From contig NZ_CP013213.1 in the NCBI RefSeq assembly GCF_001545095.1, positions 1,800,001 to 1,832,000 on the forward strand: a stretch of 32,000 nucleotides of DNA. Direction: 5' to 3'. Source of the stretch: Erysipelothrix larvae. GTDB taxonomy: Bacteria; Bacillota_I; Bacilli_A; Erysipelotrichales; Erysipelotrichaceae. Below are positions 9,635-16,546 of the stretch, piece after piece (the first letter of the stretch is position 1; each line of letters starts with the position of its first letter). The notes under the pieces are model-generated. The model saw only the letters and a program-made list of their open reading frames with translations. It was not told the DNA's origin and did no database searches. The position numbers and the translations under genes were made by a program.

Positions 9635-10098
9635 TATGCTAAGCGTTTAATCACGGATTCATGGTGTGGATAGTCTTCAAGGAGCATATCCTGTGTAAAG
9701 AGTTCAAATGCTGTATAGTCAAACCCTGGGGATACCATACAACTTACCAATGCATAATCATGATCAACCGATGATCCAAAGATTGTGCCTTTAGGAACCA
9801 CAAACTGTAGTGTTTCTCCATTTTCAATGTCTTTACCCAACCGTATTTCGTCATAGGTGCCATCAGGATAAATACAGTGAACACTTAAAGGTGCACCATC
9901 ATGATAGTACCAGGTTTCATCCGCATCCAGTCGATGAAAGTGTGAGGGTGAATCGGGTGTGAGTAAAAATAAGATGTTTGTATAATAAGCCCGTCCATTC
10001 TCAAAAGTTTCATTCGAACGGCTTGTTTCCTTATAGTATCCCCCTTCTGTATGGGGTTGTAATTCAAGTGTTTGTATCCATGTATCAATTGTTTTCAT
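9619..10098 (-). CDS. DUF985-type cupin domain protein
   Basis: The sequence from MKTIDTWIQTLELQPHTEGGYYKETS onward matches the DUF985 cupin pattern. The ATG at 10098 is preceded by GGAGGAAACA. The longer track ORF has no ribosome binding site. Confidence 0.75.
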   Translation of the reverse strand: MKTIDTWIQTLELQPHTEGGYYKETSRSNETFENGRAYYTNILFLLTPDSPSHFHRLDADETWYYHDGAPLSVHCIYPDGTYDEIRLGKDIENGETLQFVVPKGTIFGSSVDHDYALVSCMVSPGFDYTAFELFTQDMLLEDYPHHESVIKRLAYKTLP

Positions 10099-10135
10099 TG
10101 TTTCCTCCACTGTTGTATCACTATTATACACAAGT

Positions 10136-11485
10136 TTATGACTGGTGTGTCTTGAGTTCATGAAAGAAATCGTAAATTCGACCAATATCCGAACCAACAA
10201 GATAACTGCTGACCGTGACTTTAGGTTGTTCTACCTTATAAGGAAAGTCACAGGTAGATATAATCCCCATGCACTGATGACGCCAGTAGAAATCCAGAAA
10301 CCCATTCATCTCAGGTGCACGGTATGTAACATCTCCTTCATAAACATGATAAGTGTTTAATGGAAAATTTGTGCCAAGGTGTGCCTTGAGTGCATAGGCA
10401 TGATCACGACTGATATCGCTATAGATCATGACATTTAATGAGTGCGGTTGGTCTAGTGACGGTTGAATTGAATCAATGTTAAAGATTAAGTTTGCGAATA
10501 CATGTTCGTAGTCTTCAGACATTTTGGATAGGATTGCTTCAATGCGCTCTTTATGCATTTCAAACTTCTTACGATTAATCCGTGAGTAGTTTTTTACATA
10601 GTAAAGCACGGAATGTAAGTTAACATTGTTGACGGAATAAATAACATCACGCATGTATAAGATATGACATAGAATGGTAGAGACTTGCCCATGCTTTGTG
10701 TCATCAAAGACATATCCCATATCTTGAAGTGCATCCATGAGCTCTTCAAAATGATCTTCAATACGTGCATGCATTTTATCAAGTGCCTTAATGTATCGAA
10801 TGATTATTTCTTGTGACTCTTCTTCAAGTGTCAACACTGTTTCACAATCATTCAAGCGATATCCTTGCCTATAACGCATTGCAGAGGATTCCTCAAGGCT
10901 TTTTAAGAAGTAACGAAACTTAGAGCTTATCGAAAAGTATGGTTCAACCTTAGGGCTATAAACAATGTTTATCTTAGGCAGCATGAAGTTGCGTTGGAAA
11001 CTATCATAGAATGAAGCAATAAAGAATCGTACTTTATCTTCTTCACCAATAATCTCATAACTTAAACGCTTATCATTAAGCTTCACTTCATAGTGTCTTA
11101 AGATATCGTCAAGATCACACATCAACTTACGCGTTGATTGTGGACTCTTATTGATTTCATTTGCATAGAAATCAATAGGCATGTTTGGCCTTTCAATAAT
11201 CAGTCGTAATAGTCTTGTTCTTGGTTGACACGCAATAATGTTTTCATAGATAAATTGAATATTCCCAACAGAGGTATGACTGGATACAATGTTAGAATGA
11301 CTAAAGTCTAATTCAATTAAATCATTGTAGTTATCAATTAAATAATAGATATCGTTATATACTGTTCGTTCCACACACTGATTCACTGCAGCAATCTCTG
11401 CAATTGATATCACACGATCGTTTTTAATGAGTAAATCTAAAATATTCGCAAGACGATATACTTGCTTCTTGTACTTCAAAAGCAT
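10136..11485 (-). CDS. Mga-like / HTH-domain transcriptional regulator (full-length copy)
   Basis: 449 aa from the ATG at 11485, with GGGAGGAACATATT upstream. The N-terminal HTH reads YRLANILDLLIKNDRVISIAEIAAVNQCVERTVYNDIYYL. Its size and layout resemble stand-alone Mga/AtxA-type regulators. The family assignment is by eye only. Confidence 0.6.
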   Translation of the reverse strand: MLLKYKKQVYRLANILDLLIKNDRVISIAEIAAVNQCVERTVYNDIYYLIDNYNDLIELDFSHSNIVSSHTSVGNIQFIYENIIACQPRTRLLRLIIERPNMPIDFYANEINKSPQSTRKLMCDLDDILRHYEVKLNDKRLSYEIIGEEDKVRFFIASFYDSFQRNFMLPKINIVYSPKVEPYFSISSKFRYFLKSLEESSAMRYRQGYRLNDCETVLTLEEESQEIIIRYIKALDKMHARIEDHFEELMDALQDMGYVFDDTKHGQVSTILCHILYMRDVIYSVNNVNLHSVLYYVKNYSRINRKKFEMHKERIEAILSKMSEDYEHVFANLIFNIDSIQPSLDQPHSLNVMIYSDISRDHAYALKAHLGTNFPLNTYHVYEGDVTYRAPEMNGFLDFYWRHQCMGIISTCDFPYKVEQPKVTVSSYLVGSDIGRIYDFFHELKTHQS

Positions 11486-11650
11486 AATATGTTCCTCCCT
11501 TTTAAGCGTCTCATTGTATAAGCATTCGACCCACATCAAATACTTACCCAAATGACCACCCACAGGATATATGCTAACATACGAGCTAAAAGAGACCTAG
11601 CAATCCATGTGCTTTCACATGGTGGTTCAAGTACCTATCACCTATTTCAC
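11006..11650. repeat. 645-bp direct repeat, copy A (5' half of the regulator gene plus 165 bp upstream)
   Basis: It aligns base for base with 15707-16351 at a constant offset of 4701 bp. I saw no indels and roughly ten substitutions by eye. Confidence 0.9.
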
Positions 11651-11794
11651 GTGGCTTTCATAATTGATATAAACAGTATGTTTCATCAAGTTAGTTTTCA
11701 GGGAATAATTTAAAAGTGCCAGGAACTGTAACAGTAAATATCATCGTTTTTAATTGATCTCTCAAAACTAGAATACTTTCGTTATTAACATTAT

Positions 11795-12829
11795 CTAAAG
11801 AAGAGAAACCGATGCTTTTATATACTTAAATGCTTCTGAGTCGATTTTCTTCACTCTATTTAAATTTGCATATATTGTTCCATGAGGAATCAGCTCTTCT
11901 ACATCAATTGTATCAATATAACTCAAATCCAAATCATGTCGAATCATCGATGCTATATAGAGCACTTTACTCACATGAGGAATTGCTTTTATTCTTGAAT
12001 AACTACCAAATATATGAGTGCCAATTTTTTTTATTCCACCTTTAAGTTCCTTATAAAATTGTGATTTATCATAATGAGCGCCATCACTTAGTATTGAAAT
12101 ACATGCTTCAATTGTATCATTTAAACAATCCTGAAAATCTATATCCAGCCTCCGATATTTAATTTGTATTTTTGAATATTCGTAATACGCTCGTTTTACA
12201 ACTTCAAAATCTTCAATATGATCAAACAATACCGCAACATCATGCATTTGCTTAATTATTTCTAGATCTTTTCCACTATTATATAACACTCCAATTGTAT
12301 TTGGAGCAAAAGCTGACAGTTTATCAGCAATCATATAGTCTACAATTGGAACTTTTACGTATGAAGGTGGATCTTCTGTGATATGCAATGAATTTTTGAT
12401 TTCAACTAACTTGGTGTCAATAAAATCGTCATCTTCAAAAACAACATCTAAAATAATATTTGATGGTGTATTACTTATTATTGAGGTATATTCAAATTTA
12501 AAATGTCTCTTCTCAATTCCGTTATTCCTTCTTCTATGATGCTCAACACAACTCTCAAAAGGAAAAAGTTTGCCTGCCTCTGTTATAAACTCATCAATAT
12601 CTGTATCAGCATTTACCATGATATCAATATCTGTTGAGAATCTTCTAGGATTATCAAGAAAAAGTAGCAGACAGGTTCCACCTTTGAATACAAAGTCGAG
12701 ATTTACATCAACGAGCGATTGTAATAAACCAAATGCAAAAAGCACCCTTTCGAAAATTGCTTTATCGCCTCCATATTCTTTTACCATATTTTCCAAGTGT
12801 TCCTGTGAATAGTTACTTTTTGATATCAT
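11795..12829 (-). CDS. abiEii: AbiEii/AbiGii-family nucleotidyltransferase toxin (type IV TA)
   Basis: FVFKGGTCLLLFLDNPRRFSTDIDIMV matches the GG-x(n)-D-x-D pol-beta-type NTase motif of the DUF1814/AbiEii family. It lies directly downstream of an AbiEi-like gene. The first ATG is at 12829. The track ORF starts at a TTG at 12865, so the start is uncertain. Confidence 0.8.
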   Translation of the reverse strand: MISKSNYSQEHLENMVKEYGGDKAIFERVLFAFGLLQSLVDVNLDFVFKGGTCLLLFLDNPRRFSTDIDIMVNADTDIDEFITEAGKLFPFESCVEHHRRRNNGIEKRHFKFEYTSIISNTPSNIILDVVFEDDDFIDTKLVEIKNSLHITEDPPSYVKVPIVDYMIADKLSAFAPNTIGVLYNSGKDLEIIKQMHDVAVLFDHIEDFEVVKRAYYEYSKIQIKYRRLDIDFQDCLNDTIEACISILSDGAHYDKSQFYKELKGGIKKIGTHIFGSYSRIKAIPHVSKVLYIASMIRHDLDLSYIDTIDVEELIPHGTIYANLNRVKKIDSEAFKYIKASVSLL

Positions 12830-12836
12830 AATATTT

Positions 12837-13516
12837 CTACTTGTCCCTATGAATATGTTGATCAACTATGTTCTGCTTATTACGACGCAATGAATATCTA
12901 TTTAACGTCGCATAGTCAATAATGTAGCGCTCCATCATGGAGTCTACAATTTGTTGATACTCACTTTTATTTATAATCTCTTTGATATATTTATTAGCAA
13001 ATAAATCAACAATCAGTTTTTCAATAACTATTTTGTTACTGTCGTTCTTGTTACTAATGGTTTCACTAATAAGATTAAGGACAACAATTAAATTGTTAGT
13101 TAAAACTTGATTGAATGTTTTTACATCCGGTTTGAGTAAAACATTCCCTTCATTTTTTTCCTTAATACTTTCAAATATAAACTCTTCGTATCCTTTTTCA
13201 ACTTCTACAAAAATTACATTAGTCGTTAATTGATGATTTAGGAATTCATTTAGCATTCTTAGTTCCCATATTTGAAATTGGATTTCATCAAAATCAAATA
13301 GCACCTCATCTAGTATTTTTTTGCTTGCGTTGATAATTCATATTCAAATCGACGTTGATTGCTAGTGCTAGATTTTACATATTTATTACGTCCAATACGA
13401 GTAATTTCATTCTCTTTCACTAACTTATACAAGATCCAAGAAATACTGTTTTTCTTAATGTCACCAAATCCGTCAATATATCGTCGATTAATCTCTGTTC
13501 TACTAAAAGGTTCCAT
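12837..13516 (-). pseudogene. abiEi: AbiEi-like antitoxin split into 68-aa (wHTH) and 155-aa ORFs by a frame change at an A7 tract
   Basis: The N-terminal ORF has the AbiEi/DUF6088-like wHTH pattern (ISWILYKLVKENEITRIGRNKYV). It ends ...GCA AAA AAA TAC TAG at 13310-13324. The -1 frame reads through as AKKILDEVLFDFDE into the 155-aa ORF. Together they would make about 225 aa, which is the expected size range for AbiEi. Confidence 0.55.
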
Positions 13517-13552
13517 ATCAGTTAATTGACTTAAATAATATCTGAACTTTTT

Positions 13553-13596
13553 GATACTGCGTAATTTTCTTCACTTTTATCACCTAATTGCAGTAT
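13553..13596. promoter_or_regulatory. inverted repeat upstream of abiEi (possible autoregulatory operator)
   Basis: The arms are atactgcgtaatt and taattgcagtat (one indel), separated by about 18 nt. They lie 37-80 nt upstream of the abiEi start. Confidence 0.3.
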
Positions 13597-13911
13597 TGTA
13601 TTTGTTAATCTAAAAAAAACGGCAATTTTAATACATTTTTGCCGTTTAATTATGATAGAGGAAGTTACATAAATTTATCTACTAGAAACTCAAAGTACAT
13701 TTTTTGTGTTTGTATATTTGGTAGTCAATGACTACTTTGGATTGACAACAACTTCTTCGTAAAGCATTAATAGACCGTATACCGATTCCAATACACATTT
13801 GTGATATCACCTCTTTCACCTCCAAAAGCATTATCACACACTTCTGAAGTTATAAAAATAGTGGACCAGTTTTCAATTGAGAATTGGCCCACTTTTAGAT
13901 TAACAAATACA
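13597..13911 (-). mobile_element. 315-bp MITE-like derivative of the IS21-family element
   Basis: 13796-13911 is identical over 116 bp to the istA-proximal end of the intact IS (30820-30935). The opposite terminus, tgtatttgttaatctaaaa at 13597-13615, is a perfect 19-nt inverted repeat of that end. The interior has no transposase. Confidence 0.6.
13617..13647 (-). terminator. hairpin aaacggcaa/ttgccgttt followed by T8 on the minus strand
   Basis: 9-bp GC-containing stem with a 13-nt loop, and a T8 run when read on the minus strand. Confidence 0.5.
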
Positions 13912-14003
13912 TCTTGTACTTCAAAAGCATAATATGTTCCTCCCTTTTAAGCGTCTCATTGTATAAGCATTCGACCCACATCAAATACTTACCCAAATGA
14001 TCA
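13912..14003. repeat. third, 92-bp copy (B) of the regulator promoter/5' end, truncated at codon 7 by the IS21 terminus
   Basis: It matches 11467-11558 and 16168-16259. It shares the gatca variant with copy C. It abuts the IS terminus ...aacaaataca at 13911. Confidence 0.85.
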
Positions 14004-14290
14004 TTTCGTCAAGAATATATTCAAAGTATGATTGAATATCAAGATTGTTTAGCTTTGCAGTTTCTACGATGCTATAGTAGATTGAACTCATTTGTGCATC
14101 ATTCTTTGTGTTAGAGAATAAAAAGTTCTTTTGTCCAATTACAAATGGTTTGATTGCATGTCTGCTCGATTATCGTGAGTTCAAGACGACCATCCAAGAA
14201 ATAGTTTCTAAGATATATTTCGTTGTTGATTGTGTGAGTTATTGCGACACCCATCTATGCGACTACGCTTCCCTTTGGTTCTTAGCCAAT
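14002..14290 (-). pseudogene. IS66-family transposase C-terminal fragment (frameshifted, truncated)
   Basis: Hand translation gives ...NNEIYLRNYFLDGRLEL, then after a frameshift HAIKPFVIGQKNFLFSNTKNDAQMSSIYYSIVETAKLNNLDIQSYFEYILDEM. This matches the conserved LDDGRLEIDNN..ER.IRPFVIGRKNWLFS block of IS66 transposases. Confidence 0.6.
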
Positions 14291-14381
14291 TTGATTGGGG
14301 TAACTACTCCCATTATTTAATATGTATATTCAAAGTTCTCATATAATGGTATACTATATTAAAATAAAAAAGAGGTGTAAT

Positions 14382-15278
14382 ATGTCAAATATAAGTGTTT
14401 TTAACACAAGTGATGAGAATAACATTAGACAGCTAGAGAGTACTTCCTATTCACTTGAATCACATTTGCAAAAACTAATTGAAAGAAATATGAAATCATT
14501 CTTTTCAGTAGATTTTTTAGCAAGCGAATACTCTTTTCCTAGTGGTAGAATTGACAGTCTTGGAATTGACGAAAACAACTGTCCTGTTATATTTGAATAT
14601 AAACGAAGTATGAATGAGAACGTTATTAACCAAGGTCTTTTCTATTTAGAATGGTTACTTGATCATAAAGCTGATTTTAAACTTCTAGTATTGGATAAAT
14701 ACGGAGACAACAGAGCTAATGCAATAGAATGGAAGACACCAATTGTGTATTGTATTGCAAACAATTTCAACAAATATGATGTAAATGCAGTTAAAATTAT
14801 GCAAAGAAATATTTATTTGGTGGAGTATAATCTTTTTGAAAATGATCTGATTATATTTGATTTCCTAAACTTAGATTCTAAAGTCAAAGAAGTAGGCAAT
14901 GATTTAATAATTGATAAATCAAAAAAAATGCAGCGAGATATTAATGATAGAATGAACACACTGAATAGTAATTTAAAGCCAATCTTAGAAGATTTACGAT
15001 CCTTCATTAGTGAAATAGGTGACGATGTTTCTGAAGTAGTTTTACGTCAATATATTGCTTATAAAAAGATTGGTAACTTTGTTACGATTGATATGACAAA
15101 TGATAAAATTCAAATGTATCTGAAAGTTGACCCTTCTGAAATTGAACTTAAAAATAATATGAGAGATATGACTAAAATCGGACATTTTGGTACTGGAAAC
15201 TTAGAAATAATAATTACATCAATAGATGACTATTATAACTCGAAATACTATATTGAATTAGCATATAATCAAAACTAA
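14382..15278 (+). CDS. NucS/DUF91-like PD-(D/E)XK nuclease domain fused to a DUF5655-like C-terminal domain
   Basis: The nuclease core GRIDSLGIDENNCPVIFEYKR (D...E-x-K) is followed by a QGLFY (QxxxY) motif. The C-terminus has a GHFGTGNLEIII block typical of DUF5655. The ATG at 14382 is preceded by AAGAGGTG. Confidence 0.65.
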   Translation: MSNISVFNTSDENNIRQLESTSYSLESHLQKLIERNMKSFFSVDFLASEYSFPSGRIDSLGIDENNCPVIFEYKRSMNENVINQGLFYLEWLLDHKADFKLLVLDKYGDNRANAIEWKTPIVYCIANNFNKYDVNAVKIMQRNIYLVEYNLFENDLIIFDFLNLDSKVKEVGNDLIIDKSKKMQRDINDRMNTLNSNLKPILEDLRSFISEIGDDVSEVVLRQYIAYKKIGNFVTIDMTNDKIQMYLKVDPSEIELKNNMRDMTKIGHFGTGNLEIIITSIDDYYNSKYYIELAYNQN

Positions 15279-15391
15279 TTCAATGTATTTAGAATTACCA
15301 AAATGTTACAAACTCTAATTAGGTTTCTAGCTTTCAGGATGCAATTTATATAATTCTGATAAATAGGTTGTGGAAGCCAATTCCTAGAATC

Positions 15392-15670
15392 TTAAGTTAC
15401 GGTACTCACTAGAATTTCTAGTGAGTACTTTTTATTATTTCCAAACTTACCATAGTATTACAAATTAAGAGATCTCTTGTTCTAAAATTTTCAAAACTTC
15501 GATAACCGTAGGCAACCCGTTTTATCACTTTGTTTAAATTGTTTGTCCCTTCTAAGCGACCAATAGAGTATGGATACTTTAGTGCGTTTGAGACAGATAC
15601 TTCATATTCTTTTTACGTCTTAATTAATTTCTTCATCTGTTTCGATATGTTCTTAGGTGGATATATTTAG
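15392..15670 (-). pseudogene. ISL3-family transposase C-terminal fragment
   Basis: Hand translation gives ...SNALKYPYSIGRLEGTNNLNKVIKRVAYGYRSFENFRTRDLLI. This matches the ISL3 C-terminal consensus SNG.LEG.NN.IK.IKR.AYGYRNF.NFR.RIL. There is an in-frame stop upstream and no N-terminal part. Confidence 0.6.
15402..15433 (+). terminator. strong intrinsic terminator after the NucS-like gene
   Basis: gtactcactag aattt ctagtgagtac forms an 11-bp perfect stem followed by T5. Confidence 0.7.
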
Positions 15671-15706
15671 AATCTCTATGAGTGTGGTGATGTTGTCTTA
15701 TTACGG

Positions 15707-16351
15707 ATAGAATGAAGCAATAAAGAATCATACTTTATCTTCTTCACCAACAATCTCATAACTTAAACGCTTATCATTAAGCTTCATTTCATAGTGTCTT
15801 AAGATATCATCAAAATCACACATCAACTTACGCGTTGATTGTGGACTCTTATTGATTTCATTTGCATAGAAATCAATAGGCATGTTTGGCCTTTCAATAA
15901 TCAGTCGTAATAGCCTTGTTCTTGGTTGACACGCAATAATGTTTTCATAGATAAATTGAATATTCCCAACAGAGGTATGACTGGATACGATGTTAGAATG
16001 ACTAAAGTCTAATTCAATTAAATCATTGTAGTTATCAATTAAATAATAGATATCGTTATATACTGTTCGTTCCACACACTGATTCACTGCAGCAATCTCT
16101 GCAATTGATATCACACGATCGTTTTTAATGAGTAAATCTAAAATATTCGCAAGACGATATACTTGCTTCTTGTACTTCAAAAGCATAATATGTTCCTCCC
16201 TTTTAAGCGTCTCATTGTATAAGCATTCGACCCACATCAAATACTTACCCAAATGATCACCCGCAGGATATATGCTAACATACGAGCTAAAAGAGACCTA
16301 GCAATCCATGTGCTTTCACATGGTGGTTCAAGTACCTATAACCTATTTCAC
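15707..16351. repeat. 645-bp direct repeat, copy C
   Basis: Partner of 11006-11650 at an offset of 4701 bp. Confidence 0.9.
15728..16186 (-). pseudogene. truncated duplicate of the Mga-like regulator (HTH-containing N-terminal 152 aa only)
   Basis: It has the same ribosome binding site, ATG and N-terminal sequence as 10136-11485, with a few substitutions (for example CDLDD to CDFDD). The reading frame ends a few codons inside the repeat boundary at 15707. Confidence 0.8.
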
Positions 16352-16449
16352 ATTTCAATCATATTTCGTAAGTAATGTTAATCATTCCAGCAAGCATTAC
16401 AAACCATAGAAGTAAAGCAATGTCCATTCACTTAAAAAGTGTTATGGAA

Positions 16450-16510
16450 CAAAAAAGTCAAATTGACCTAACACTTTAACTAAGTATTTTGGATTAATTT
16501 GACTTTTTGC
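16450..16510 (-). terminator. possible terminator downstream of the 618-aa gene
   Basis: A 13-bp inverted repeat aaaaagtcaaatt/aatttgacttttt has a T-run on the minus strand. The loop of about 32 nt is unusually large. Confidence 0.35.
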
Positions 16511-16546
16511 TGTAAAACTTACTGGTATTAACTGACGTATAACAAT

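Noticed and set aside
11486-11563. N-terminal extension (MGGHLGKYLMWVECLYNETLKREEHI) of the regulator ORF, and the same extension in copy C
   Set aside because: The internal ATG at 11485 (16186 in copy C) has a GGGAGGAAC ribosome binding site at ideal spacing. The extension covers that site and the promoter-like region.
14108-14320. 70-aa plus-strand ORF upstream of the NucS-like gene
   Set aside because: It lies antisense to sequence that translates convincingly as an IS66 transposase fragment. It has no ribosome binding site.
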